Shown: piece after piece, positions 1 through 13,299 of the stretch
How the letters are laid out: each line of letters opens with the position of its first letter
Position numbering within the stretch: the stretch's first letter is position 1
NCBI GenBank assembly: GCA_964016885.1
Contig: OZ024757.1
Coordinates: forward strand, 20,336,001-20,400,000
Length of the DNA: 64,000 nt
Source: Eledone cirrhosa
Taxonomy: Eukaryota
Direction of reading: 5' to 3'
Made by a program: the position numbers and the translations under genes
Notes under the pieces: generated by a model
Database searches by the model: none
Told to the model about the DNA's origin: nothing
What the model saw: the letters and a program-made list of their open reading frames with translations, nothing else

Positions 1-240
1 ATGTATATATGTATGTGCATGTATTTATGTTTGTATATGTGTGTATGTTTATGTATATATGTATGTATGCATGCATGTGTGTATGTATATATGTATGTGT
101 GTATGTATATATGTATGTGCATGTGTGTATGTTTATGTATATATGTATGTATGCCTGTGTGTATGTATATATGTATGTGTGTATGTATATGTATGCATGT
201 ATCTGTATGTGTGTGCACATATGTGTGTGTGTGTGTGTAA
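1..240. repeat. Compound (TATG)n/(TG)n microsatellite
   Basis: Direct inspection; the overlapping ORFs are M/Y/V/C/I low-complexity artefacts. Confidence 0.95.
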
Positions 241-425
241 ACATGCTTGCTTCGCTTACATTTGATATGTAACAGATGGGTTTTCCTGTCATATGAAACC
301 TACACATTCTAAGGATTTCACAGGAGTGCTAAAGATACCATAATGTGTGTGTGTGTGCGTGTGTGTGTGTGTGTGTGTGCGTGTGAGTATGATAGATAGA
401 GAGTAAGTTTGGAAGAGAGAGTTGA

Positions 426-456
<31 letters not shown>

Positions 457-949
457 GGCAGACAGAAAAAAAGTAGGATATGAGCAAGAGAAACAGATAG
501 ACAAAGAAAAGTAAAAACATGAGGGTGAGAAAAAGAGACAGAGAGGGGGGGGGGTGTAATAGAAATGTAAGAGGAGAGAAAAGAGTGACCAAAACAACAA
601 AGAATGAAAGAAGAGAGAGAGTGAGTGAGTGAGTGTTATAGATGGAGATATAGATGGAGAGAGTGGAAGAGAATTGAAGCAAAGAACAAGACAGACAGAC
701 AGACAGACGGACAGACAGATAGATAGTCAGATGGAATTTACAGAAGCAGAGACCTAGATCTTTTACTTGGTTTAAGGTTAACATGACAAAACAGTTTTAT
801 AACTACCTTGAAGTACTTCAATGTAAAAAAAGAAACTCATTGAATTTGCAGACAGTCAACATCTCTCTTCTCCAACATATCTTGGGAATGTTTCAAAATT
901 ACCTACTTGGGTCTTATGAGACAAAATTAGCCATTAAGATCAGAATTTT

Positions 950-1385
950 AAAAAATCAGCCACTAAGACCAGATGACACAGAATTAGTTACTAAGACCAG
1001 ATAAAATAAATCAGCCACTAAGACCAGATGACACAGAATTAGTTACTAAGACCAGATAAAATAAATCAGCCACTAAGACCAGTTGACACAGAATTAGTTA
1101 CTAAGAACAGATGACACAGAATTAGTTACTAAGACCAGTTAAAATAAATCAGCCACTAAAACCAGATGACACATAGTTAGCCACTAAGACCAAATGACAC
1201 CAAATTAACCAAGACCAGCTGACACAAAATTAGCCATTAAGACCATATGACACAAAATTAGCTATTAAGACCAGATGAAATAAATTAGCTACTCAGGTCT
1301 TATAACACAAAATTAGCTACATATCTTGGAAATGTTACAAGCTACTACGATACAGAATTAGCTGCTATGGCCATAAAACACAAAC
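950..1385 (+). repeat. Degenerating minisatellite, ~28-bp subunits (actaagaccagatgacacagaattag) paired into ~56-bp units
   Basis: ctaagaccagatgacacagaattagtta and taagaccagataaaataaatcagcca alternate, then decay towards the 3' end. Confidence 0.85.
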
Positions 1386-2289
1386 CTATTCTGGTCCTAT
1401 GAAACAAAACCAACCATTTTAAAAGGTTCATTTTTTAATTAAAATCTTCCAACATAATTTTATATAAGAACATTATGTTAAATTACTATCTTAGTAATAA
1501 AATGATTAATAGTCTTAGAAAAATGCCTCAAAATCCTTCAATAATTAATTGAAATGGGGTATATTTCATGAGCAATACAACCACGAAAAGATTAATAAGG
1601 AAGTTACTTATATTACTAAATTCCTCCAAATTTTGTATTATTTTCAAAATTAATTAAAACATATTAGCAGTGTCTTTCATGAGGAAATACGGTAATGAAA
1701 TGGTTGAATAAGGCCAAGTTCTGACATTCAAAGAACAGGGGAGAATAGGGAGGGGATTGGACAAAAAGAAAAACCAAAAAATTGCAAGGAAGCCAGGCAC
1801 TGCTGGAATGTTTATAGAAATTATCCTCATTGACTAATTTACTAATGTATGTGAAATAGTGATGAAAACTTGCAGAGTTCAACATAAATGAGCTGTCATT
1901 GGGTCTAGTCATTAGTTTATCATCTCTAACAGTACTATTGGTGAATTGTTTGAACAACTCTTCTCCAGACATTTCACCTATTTCTTGGTCCATTTTATAA
2001 CATCTTTCAAATAATGGCAAGAAATAAAAGCATTCCCTAAATATATAAAATAAATAAATTAAAATAAAATAAAATAAGATAAATATATAAAATAAAATAT
2101 AAATTTTTTTTTTTTTTTTTTTTCAAATGTCAAAAGTATTAATTATATAATCATAGAAGCTTACATTGACGGTAGATTTATGAAACATACATATATACCA
2201 GGTCTGAACAGAGAAGAACAAAACTCCCACTGTCACTGCCTCCGTCTCTCCTGCTCTCACCATCTTTCACTATTGTGAGTAAATAGGGG

Positions 2290-3400
2290 CCATGCACTGG
2301 CCTCCCCGTGGCCCCGGTGGACAGAATAGAGAGGGCGTTTCCCTGGAGGATGATGAGGCAAACGCACTCTGGCAAAGCCATTCCAGCTTGCGAGACTCAC
2401 GCCTGCGGGTAGCCAACTCTATGCCGATTGTGGTGAGTAGGGAGGTGGACCAGGGTCACCAGAAGTCTCCACTGCCATGGGCTTGACTGCAAACCCGTCG
2501 AAAAGTGACCGATATTTGGAAAGTTTGCCCTCCTCGGCATGAAGGACAGCAGAGCGTGGGTTAGTCTCAGAGCGCACCAGGTTGCTGTTGGAGAATGTGT
2601 CGCTGCATGTGGCATCCCAGATGAGAGGATTGCCACCGTGGAACGGGAAGACGGCCTTTTGCCGTCCACCTCGGTCCAGTACCGCCAGCTTAAGCTGGGA
2701 GGGCAAACCTGCAGCATCCAAGCGAATGCTTTATGACCTCGTTGAAAGCAGCATGGCATGGAAGGTAGCTGGCACTCTAGCGACAGGACAGCAGGTGAAA
2801 GCTGAAAGAGTCTACGGTGGATCCACAGCGACATTTTGTGTGGATTGCAGATCCAGAGGCCGGAACCTCTGAGAAACCCCAATTCGCAGGCTATCATTAT
2901 CCAGCTGCATGCCAGTTGAAAAGGAGGGCGAAATCATGCAAGCTGGCCCTGGTGCGCTAGCCTGTCTGAGGCCATGTTGCTGCACTGGATGGCATCCCAT
3001 ATGCTCTGGGGGGCGATAAAATGTCAAGAGGAGATGAGAACGTCTATCTACTGGGCAAAGTCCAGGCTGGTTCCAAGTCTTGCAAGCGGCCTCAGGTTCC
3101 TTGATTGTAGTAGGTTCCATTGTGTTTTGGAGAACCCGACAAGAGGTTACCGGTGAAAGAAACACCGACAAAGCCAGCAACACTGGAGACTGGACCATTT
3201 CTAACAGGTCAGGCAGCCTGTTGCCATCGAAAGTCGTCAAATCTGACAGTACATATCTCCGCAGTTGCTGCTTGGATACAAGTGTCGAGGTCAGCAAGGA
3301 GAGATGTGTGGCTGTAGCAAGGAGTGCTCCACAGTGTGTAGAGGAACTTCGGCATGGCAAAGCAGTTCCTCAACAGGAATATGGACATTCTCATGTCCAT
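2290..3400 (-). mobile_element. Decayed CRE-clade non-LTR retrotransposon, 3' part (post-RT region, zinc-knuckle remnant, restriction-like endonuclease)
   Basis: Frameshifted minus-strand peptides FLLRNCFAMPKFLYTLWSTPCY..FDDFRWQQA, LDNDSLRIGVSQR, DGKRP, LIWDATCSDTF..EEGKLSKY..PMAVETSG and LQGNALSILST follow the CRE C-terminal motif order (recognised from memory). Confidence 0.85.
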
Positions 3401-3649
3401 GTGCATGTGCATACATATAAATCTTGGCCCGATTACAAAATTTATCAATAGCTAATAATATAGTTATGTATTTATATACAGATTATCTTATATAGACAGA
3501 TGTACAATGTGTGTTTGTGATGATGGTGGTGGTGATGATGATGATGATGGTGGTGATGGTGGTGGTGGTGATGATGATGATGATGGTGGTGGTGATGATG
3601 ATGGCAACAGTGATGTTCATTTGGTTATGATGATTTAAGATATGCATGT

Positions 3650-4005
3650 GGAGGGACATGGCTTAGTGGTTAGAGCATTGGCCTTGCAATCGAAAGGTTG
3701 TGAGTTCAATTCTCAGCCCGGGTGATGTGTTGTTTCCTTGAGCAAGACACTTTATTTCACATTGCTCCAGTTTACTCAGCTGTAGAAATGAGATGATAGG
3801 GACTGGGGTCCCTATCATTCCACTGTAAAGTGGTCGTGGAGGTGCCACGGCAAAAAAAAAAAAAAGCACCCAGCACTCACTGTAAATGAGGTTGGTGTTA
3901 GGAAGGGCATCCAGCTGTAGAAATCAAGCCAGAATCAGTTCCCGTCCCACCCTTGCAAGCAGGGAAAAGCGGACGTAAAATGAAATGATGATGATGATGA
4001 TGATG
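3650..4005 (+). mobile_element. SINE family A: tRNA-derived head + CORE-like domain + RTE-derived 3' tail ending (TGA)n
   Basis: A box tggcttagtgg, B box gagttcaattc, CORE-like ccttgagcaagacactt, tail shared with the RTE 3' UTR at 62500-62775; many near-identical copies in the window. Confidence 0.9.
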
Positions 4006-4537
4006 TATCATTATCATTTCTGTTTAGCGTCAATTCCTCCACATACTTTCATGGGTTAGACGAGTCGTTAATGCCAGGAAGCAAATCGGGCCATGGTTGA
4101 CCATGTTAGACCTTGCTCTGGCGAAGGCTATAAATTTGGCCGTTAAACCTATGGTGAATAGATATACACAAGGTGGATGATAATACCGCTAGAAATAGGA
4201 ACATCATTACACCACGTGCTTCTCAGCATGGTGGTTGCGTTAGACTTAGCTGTATACCTGTATTCCCAGGTATATTGATTTATTTACCATCTTCATTCTA
4301 TATTTCCCTTAGAATGTGAGACTAAACCTCCGATCAGTACCTGAGTCTCATGTGGTTTAATCATAATCAATAGTTTTTCTTCGATGATCGATTATATTGG
4401 TTGATTTTTTTTTTTTTTTTTGATAATCGATTACATAGATCGATTTTTAGCCACACTCTCCAGGTATGAAATAGTTCTATAAGGTTTCACTTAAGATTCC
4501 ACCTGTGTACAATATACCGTGTTTCTTTTATGATATA

Positions 4538-5016
4538 CTAGACCACCTGTGACCAGTTGGGTCACGTTCCCTTAAAAAATAATTTTTAAATAATTAATAT
4601 ATACACAGACATTTATATAATGTAAAATGAAATTGGAAGACCCATATATATATATATATACATGCGTGTGTGTGTGTGTGTACACATATGTGTGTGTATA
4701 TATATATATGCAGGTGTCTGTAACCTATATACACTGGTCACAGACAGACACACGCACACTTAGAAACCCTTTCTATTTAGCAGGATACAGTAATTTTCCT
4801 TCTCTCTCACAATCTCTTTCTCTCTATTTATGAAGGTACCCAGAAAACCCTATATCTCAGGTACCCGTACTCCGATTTATGCGAAACTTGTTTTATTCCA
4901 TTTGTATTCCCATTTCAGGGTTAACTTTCTTTCAAAGTATTTTCCCATTATGCGCCCTTTTCGCTGTATTACATTACATATAAGCAAGCAATCACAGAGT
5001 TTTAGTATTATATAGA
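4538..5016 (-). mobile_element. Non-autonomous Helitron
   Basis: Minus strand starts A|TCTATATAATAC and ends with hairpin gtgacc-caact-ggtcac followed by CTAG|T. Confidence 0.7.
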
Positions 5017-5214
5017 TAGAGAAATAGATGGCTCTTTCTCTCTCTATATAAACATATATCTTTTAATTTGGTTATTATGGCTCTAGATTAAGTCTATTGA
5101 GCTTACTTATTGAGCAACACAAAATTCTAAACATATTTGATATGTTTTTATTCATCTTTTGTATGTGTGTGTATGTATATATATATATACATACATATGG
5201 GTTTTATATCAAAT

Positions 5215-5402
5215 AATAATTGTTTCGACATTTGGCACAAGGCCACCAATTACCCAGTACATTACTGGTACTTTATTTTATCGACCTCGTAAGGATGAAA
5301 GGCAAAATTAACCTCGGCGGGATTTGAACTCAGAATGGCAAGGGCCGTAACTCTATGTGTCAAAGCATGGCGTCCGACCCTCTACCGATACTGCCAATTC
5401 AC
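5215..5402 (-). mobile_element. SINE family B: tRNA-derived, Nin/Deu-like central domain
   Basis: Reverse complement gives A box tggcagtatcgg, B box gagttcaaatcc, central tttgcctttcatccttacgaggtcgataaaataaagtaccag and tail ggccttgtgcc. Confidence 0.85.
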
Positions 5403-5457
5403 CTGGTGTATACAACTGTTTTAGAACTAATAAACACAAGGGATTGCAGTATATATG

Positions 5458-5943
5458 TCTATATATATAAAGTTGTATTCCTGTCTGTTTGTTTGTTTGT
5501 TCACAAACGCCTCCTATGGTTTTGGAGATAGACCCCATAACCATATATATATTCTGAAACTACATTGCTCAGGGTACTTGGATAAGTATACTTCTTGGTA
5601 CTTGGATAAGCATATTTCAAACATTTTTTCCCTTTGATTTATATGAAATTTAAACCATAGGTAAATGTCAAGATATAATGCCTATTCATAAAAGTTTTGA
5701 ATTAATATTTTGAAAAAAATTATTTACAAGAAACAAAATAAGAATAAGATTTAATAATGTAATTTTGATTTGATATATTACAAAAAATAATGTTTTCCAA
5801 TTTTTCATGCATTACATTTTACATTGAGTAATATTGAAATGCAGAATTTTTCTCCATAAATTATATCACTGATTTAAAATCAATCATCATTTTCCTACAA
5901 AAAAAAAGTGTGAAACGCAGCAAGGCGCGGGTAATTTGGCTAG
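5458..5943 (+). mobile_element. Non-autonomous Helitron (second family)
   Basis: 5' TCTATATATATAAAG then (TTTG)n; 3' GC-rich acgcagcaaggcgcggg followed by CTAG|T; homologous copy at 12275-12699. Confidence 0.8.
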
Positions 5944-6352
5944 TATATATATATATAAGATTCTGGTAGCTGAGATAAAAGATAGAGCACCATACACACA
6001 GAAGCCAGAGGGAGAGAGAGAGATGGATAAATATAAAGAAGTGGCTGGTTTAAGCTGAATTAAGCAGGTAAGGGATGGTGGGGATTTTGTTGGTAGTGGA
6101 TGAAATTGGTGGCAGCATCTTTGAGTTGATGTTAACAAAACATCTGCATGTGTACCAAGGTAAACCTCAGGAAATACTGCAATTCAAACTTCCTCAACAG
6201 CTAGATCTTGTTGTGCATAGGATATTTCATCAACCTAGAAAATCTCACCTAACCAATCCTCCACCCTACCACCCACCATCCCACCTCCATCTCTTTACCT
6301 GATATCTGCTTAATCTGGCACCACTCCATACACACCATCATATATATTCACT

Positions 6353-6390
<38 letters not shown>

Positions 6391-6399
6391 CACACATAC

Positions 6400-8620
6400 A
6401 TACATGTATATCATATATTTATATATACATGTATATATTATATATGTGTGTACCTATATAAATATATGTACATATATAAATATATGTACATATATAAATA
6501 TATGTACATATATATATATTGCACATACACACACATATATATATATACATACATACATATATATCATATATATATATATACATGTATATATTATATATGT
6601 GTGTACATATATAAATATATGTATATATATATATCGCACACACACACTCACACACATATATATACATACATACATATATATCATATATATATATACATGT
6701 ATATATTATAAATGTGTGTACATATATAAATATATGTATATATCGCACATACACACACATATATATATATATATATACATACATATATATCATATATATA
6801 TACATGTATATATTATATATGTGTGTACATATATAAATATATGTATATATCGCACATACACACACATATATATACATACATACAGATATATCATATATAT
6901 ATACATGTATATATTATATATATGTGTACATATATAAATATATGTATATATCGCACATACACACACATATATATATATACATACATACAAATATATTATA
7001 TATATATACATACATACAAATATATTATATATATATACATGTATATATTATATATGTGTGTACATATATAAATATATGTATATATCGCACATACACACAC
7101 ACATATATATATATATACATACATACAAATATATCATATATATATACATGTATATATTATATATGTGTGTACATATATAAATATATGTATATATCGCACA
7201 TACACACACATATATATATACATACATACAAATATATCATATATATGTACATGTATATATTATATATGTGTGTACATATATAAATATATGTATATATCGC
7301 ATATACACACACATATATATACATACATACAAATATATCATATATATATACATGTATATATTATATATGTGTGTACATATATAAATATATGTATATATCG
7401 CACATACACACACATATATATATACATACATACAAATATATCATATATATGTACATGTATATATTATATATGTGTGTACATATATAAATATATGTATATA
7501 TCGCATATACACACACATATATATACATACATACAAATATATCATATATATATACATGTATATATTATATATGTGTGTACATATATAAATATATGTATAT
7601 ATCGCACATACACACACATATATATATACATACAAATATATCATATATATATACATGTATATATTATATATGTGTGTACATATATAAATACATGTATATA
7701 TCGCACATACACACATATATATATACATACATACAAATATATCATATATATGTACATGTATATATTATATATGTGTGTACATATATAAATATATGTATAT
7801 ATCGCACATGCACACACATATATATATACATACATACAAATATATCATATATATATACATGTATATATTATATATGTGTGTACATATATAAATATATGTA
7901 TATATCGCACATACACACACATATATATATATACATACATACAAATATATCATATATATGTACATGTATATATTATATATGTGTGTACATATATAAATAT
8001 ATGTATATATCGCATATACACACACATATATATACATACATACAAATATATCATATATATATACATGTATATATTATATATGTGTGTACATATATAAATA
8101 TATGTATATATCGCACATACACACACATATATATATACATACAAATATATCATATATATATACATGTATATATTATATATGTGTGTACATATATAAATAC
8201 ATGTATATATCGCACATACACACATATATATATACATACATACAATTATATCATATATATGTACATGTATATATTATATATGTGTGTACATATATAAATA
8301 TATGTATATATCGCACATGCACACACATATATATATACATACAAATATATCATATATATATACATGTGTGTACATATATAAATATATGTATATATCGCAC
8401 ATACACACATATATATATATACATACATACAAATATATCATATATACATACATACAAATATACACATGTATATATTATATGTGTGTACATATATAAATAT
8501 ATGTATATATCGCACATACACACACATATATATATATACATACATACATACAAATATGTGTGTGTATATGTATGCACACACACATAAATATATGTATATA
8601 TATCGCACACACACACGCAT
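6400..8620. repeat. ~102-bp minisatellite built from TA/CA dinucleotides (~21 units) with a 509-bp higher-order duplication
   Basis: Landmarks tcgcacatac and gtgtgtacatatataaata recur about every 102 bp; identical ORFs at 7441-7728 and 7950-8237. Confidence 0.9.
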
Positions 8621-8764
8621 GTGAATCATTGACATCAGAATAAAAGAAATAAAATCACAAATCAAAGCTAAAAATAAAGTTTACATAAAATCTCCATTAA
8701 CAGATAGAGTTGTAAAACAAACATTGTTTAGAGACAAGATATAGAGTTAGTTCTAAAGTCATAA

Positions 8765-9380
8765 ATAATAATTGTTCCTACTTTTGGCACAAGGCCAGCA
8801 ATTATCCCAGTGTATTACTGGTACGTTATTTTATAGACCCCGAAAGGATGAAAGGCAAAGTCAACCTCGACGGGATTTGAACTCAAACCGTAAAGAGACG
8901 TAACTATGCTAGAAGGCATGGCGTCCGACCCTCTACCGATACTGCCAATCCACAATAAATAATAATTGTTTCTACTTTTGGCACAAGGCCAGCAATTATT
9001 CCAGTGTATTACTGGTACTTTATTTTATCGACTCTGTAAGGATGAAAGGCTAAGTTAACCTCGGCGGGATTTGAACTCAGAATGGCAAGGGCCGTAACTC
9101 TATGCGTCAAAGCATAGAGTTACAATAAATAAAAATGATATATATATATATATATATATAGATATATAGATATATCTTAAGTCATAAATAATAATTGTTT
9201 CTACTTTTGGCACAAGGCCAACAATTACTCAGTACATTACTGGTACTTTATTTTATCGACCCCGTAAGGATGAAAGGCAAAGTCAACCTCGACGGGATTT
9301 GAACTCAAACCGTAAAGGGACGTAACTCTATGCTAGAAAGCATGGCGTCCGACCCTCTACCGATACTGCCAATCCACAAT
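8765..9380 (-). mobile_element. Three clustered SINE family B copies
   Basis: Three repeats of attgtttctacttttggcacaaggcc...gggatttgaactca (about 8765, 8960, 9185). Confidence 0.9.
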
Positions 9381-9653
9381 AATGATACTAATATATATAT
9401 AATTGCATTAATGGTCCATCTGTCTGTGGAATACTCAGCCACTTACACTATAATAAAATATTGAGCTGGTATTTGGAAAATAATTAAACAAAGGTTCTTA
9501 CATAAAATTATGATGTAAGGTTTTTAGATAAAGATAAACACTTTAAAATAAACAGCTCTGATCATAGAACCAAGGGTCAGTTTGAGGTGGTTTGGTATCT
9601 GGAACATAACTTAAAGGTTTCAAATGGTTTGGTATAAAAAGGGTTAAAGTGCC

Positions 9654-9881
9654 TTAACCCTTTAGCATTCACATTATTTTATATATACTATTATATTTTC
9701 ATGGTAAAGGCTTTACCTCACATAATTATCTCACATAATATCGAATCTATGAGATTTTGAAAGTATTTATTTTGAGACCAATACCTTAACATCAGTTTGG
9801 GCGACCAATTACAGCCAGTTTCAACAGAAAGAGGTAGAGAATTCTGGCCGGTTTTGGCCGGTTTGAACACTAAAGGATTAA
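9654..9881. mobile_element. piggyBac-type MITE (~220 bp)
   Basis: TTAA-CCCTTTAG ... CTAAAGGA-TTAA termini; same internal sequence at 17968, 19320, 33115, 54558 and 61134. Confidence 0.85.
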
Positions 9882-10789
9882 GGTATTTATTTTGGCTATT
9901 TATGTTTTGATCTTAACTTTGCCTTTAATTAATTGAAACACAAAAGCAATGTATTTTATAAGAAATACAGTAATGAAGGGTTGATTCAATTGATTGCATT
10001 TCCCTCTCTTATTAACAGTTTGTAGTTTTGTTTGAGCTAATAGGAGAAATTATCATCAACAGCTGCACCACTAGCATCATCACCACTATACTTTTCACCA
10101 AGACAGCCATCACCATCATCACCACCACCACCACAGAACCATGACCACCACCACCACCTCCCTTCATCCTCGCCCTCATCAATATCATCAGCTGCAACGG
10201 AACTACCATCACCACTACCACCACCACCACCACCATTATCAGCACTAAAGTGAGAATACTACAAGGAGCTGAGGGTGGGGCAAAGAGGGGGGCTTCTCCA
10301 TAGTATCCTATATCTAACAAAAATCCCTGTGCCTTGCTGTTTCTTTCTTAAGTTCAAATTCCTCTGAAGCTGAGCCTAACCAGTCTCTCTCTCCTTCTGT
10401 GATGAAAGGTACCACCACCAACAACAACAACAACAACCAGAGAAAACCTGATAATGTGATAATTATTTACTCTACACTAAACATTGTTTCTGGAAATTAA
10501 GCTTTCAGACAAAATAGGCCCCAAGGCAGATTTTTCTAAATCTAGTAACATCTACAGTCTGAAAACATGTTGAGATTTAACCAAAGAAGAATGTTACAAA
10601 TACATATATACATATAGATATATACATATGTAAATGAAAGATGCTGAAAAGGACTTGTCCAACCCATGCCAACATGGAAAAACAGACGTAAAAACGATAA
10701 TCTAAACTATAATAAAGTAAGGAGTGTGGGACAGCGTCCAGAATGTATTTTTTTACCCCGCTTGTAAATTAAGTTGGATTACTTTGAAT

Positions 10790-10965
10790 AAATAATTGTT
10801 TCTACACAAGGCCAGCAATTACCCAGTGCATTACTGGTACTTTATTTTATCGACCCCGTAAGGATGAAAGGCAAAGTCAACCTCGGCGGGATTTGAACTC
10901 AGATCGTAAAGGGACGTAACTATGCTGGAAAGCATGGCGTCCGACCCTATACCAATCCACCGCCA
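10790..10965 (-). mobile_element. SINE family B copy with target-site duplication
   Basis: Flanked on both sides by attactttgaataaataat (about 10778 and 10965). Confidence 0.85.
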
Positions 10966-11246
10966 TTACTTTGAATAAATAATGAATGAATATTACATAA
11001 TTTATGTGCTAAATTTTGTGGCGGTTGATTAAATATATTTTATAGCTTATTTAAAGATTCACTTCTTTAAAATTTTCAAATGTCAACACTTCCAGTTAGC
11101 GGCCGTTATATTATAACATTTATAAAAAATATTGCATATATTGATGTATCATATCTACATGCATATATATATTTGTGTATAATATCAATATACAGACTAC
11201 ACATGCTGGCAGAAAACCACCCGAAAGGTGGTTTTTCTGCTAGTGA

Positions 11247-11303
<57 letters not shown>

Positions 11304-11452
11304 TTCACACACACACACACACACACAATAATTCAAGAGTAAGACATTGTCTAGACAAAGGTATCCAAATAATAACTGTGTTTGTGCAATTATATAGGTG
11401 CAATGACATAAGATCCGAGAGTAAAATTGTTAGAAGATTGATTCTTACCATT

Positions 11453-11492
<40 letters not shown>

Positions 11493-11519
11493 ATTCAAAA
11501 TATTAACAAATATAGACAT

Positions 11520-11655
11520 TCGTGTGATCAAGTATATTTTATTATACATATCTCAGAGGTACTGAGCTATTTACAACATTACGTCCTCATCAGATAAATA
11601 TAAGATGATGCTTGACATACCTTGACTATGTTGATGGTTAAAATTCAGTTATGGC
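11520..11655 (-). mobile_element. Probable Penelope-like terminal remnant with degenerate hammerhead core
   Basis: Minus strand ctgatgaggacgtaatgtt; homologous to 32245-32330; embedded in (TA)n. Confidence 0.45.
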
Positions 11656-11799
11656 ATATATATATATATAATAGATAAATGGAACAACCCCGAATTAATA
11701 AATGAATATGAATCCGTGAGTTACCAAACACCAATGCGAAGCTTTAATCCAGAGACAAGAAGCGTACCCCCCCCCCCCCCCCCACCACCACCACAACCA

Positions 11800-12272
11800 C
11801 AAAATTTCACCCCATCCTATGAGTGATGGCAAATGTCCCAAACTCCGAGTTGGAACCATCAATGTAAGCACAATGAAAGGAAGAGCGAGAGAAATTGTAG
11901 AGATGCTAGAGCGAAAAGAAATTGATGTATGCTGTGTGCAAGAGACTAGATGGAGAGGAGAGTCTGCTAGAGTCCTTGGAGGCAAAAGTCAGTGTTACAA
12001 ATTTTTCTGGGTGGGAAATGACAACAGGCTGGGTGGTGTAGGTATACTACTAGCTGACAAATGGGTTGATGAGGTAATATCAGTGAACAGGGTAAACTTG
12101 AGAATCATTAGACTCAGACTAATCCTGAATAAAATAATTGCCACAATAATATCAGCTTATGCACCCCAATCGGGGTTGCCAGACGAACTTAAGGATAGGT
12201 TTTTGAGTCCCTAATGCACACTACTGCCCTAACAAATGACAATGACTTCCTAATCATTGCAGGAGATTTTAT
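11800..12272 (+). mobile_element. RTE LINE fragment, N-terminal APE endonuclease
   Basis: LRVGTINVSTMKGR..DVCCVQETRWRG..GGVGIL..ISAYAPQSG, then after a stop IIAGDF; truncated by the adjacent Helitron. Confidence 0.9.
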
Positions 12273-12274
12273 AA

Positions 12275-12699
12275 ACCCCCGCTGAAAATGTTTTCCCTTC
12301 GATTTATATGAAATTTAAACCATTGGTAAATGACAAGATATGATGCCTATTCACAAATTTTCAGCAAATTTCAATAATATTAAGACACCCTAAAATTTTG
12401 GAAGCCCATATCTTGAGCATTGGAACCTCTATTATCACGGGGTTTTTCTATTAATTAAATGTAAATCAACAAAAAGGGCACCTCTCTTTTAGAGTAAAAT
12501 TTGGCAAATTTAGACATTCTATCTATGGCAAAACATCACTAGAATTATGACAACAAAAATTATTAGTTAATGCCTCTACTTTTTTTAACATTTTCCCTTC
12601 ATTTTTTCTCTATAAATTATATCACTGATTTAAAATCAATCATCATTTTCTTACAAAAAAAATGTGTAAAATGCAGCAAGGCGCGGGTAATTTGGCTAG
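12275..12699 (+). mobile_element. Helitron 3' portion (same family as 5458-5943)
   Basis: Shared internal blocks and the same end gcagcaaggcgcgggtaatttggCTAG|T. Confidence 0.8.
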
Positions 12700-12708
12700 T
12701 ATGTACAT

Positions 12709-12763
<55 letters not shown>

Positions 12764-13064
12764 TATTCAGATGGGTGTGTATGTATATATAGTCCTAAAA
12801 TAACATACACAGCAAGCTTTAAGGAGAATGTTAGAGAAACTATATATAGACTATGGGATGAATCTATGGCTGATACATGATGATGGGGGTGGGGAGGGAG
12901 CTGGGAAATATGAAAATATGCAAGAATATATACTGAGAAAGAAATGCCTTTATTTTCTCTTTCCAAGTGATATGGAGAATTAAATGGATAGGGGGGGGGG
13001 GAGAAAGAGAGGGGGTGGTAGGAAAAGCTTGAAGTGATCTACCTAGCTACATATCTTTATTTTA

Positions 13065-13265
13065 TATGGAAATGACTTTTAGAGGACTAGAATGGTTTGA
13101 TTCATATGAAATCACCAGGAATGGACTTTCCTGATGATTTCATATGAATGAAACTGTGCTCATCTTATTTATTATATAAAATAAAAATGCTTATACTCTA
13201 CCAACTTATTGAGTACCTTTTTTTTAAGTGTGGTTCCCTCTCGATCCCCTTCAGGAATCTACCTA
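13065..13265 (+). mobile_element. Older copy of the fold-back hammerhead element
   Basis: ttcCTGATGAtttcatatgaatGAAAc preceded by an imperfect inverted copy; tail tattgagtacc..tgtggtt as in 21751-21945. Confidence 0.7.
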
Positions 13266-13299
13266 TTATACATGTGTATATATAAATTAAGAGTGAATA

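Noticed and set aside
1664-2020. 118-aa non-repetitive minus-strand ORF
   Set aside because: No recognisable motif or clear splice donor; cannot be supported without a homology search.
3650-3725. tRNA gene
   Set aside because: tRNA-like A/B boxes are SINE heads continuing into CORE or Nin bodies; no complete cloverleaf or terminator.
6075-6302. 75-aa plus-strand ORF
   Set aside because: No motif and no convincing splice boundaries.
11205-11243. Short hairpin ctggcagaaaaccacc/ggtggtttttctgctag
   Set aside because: Single small imperfect hairpin; terminator interpretation is inapplicable in a eukaryote and there is no other support.
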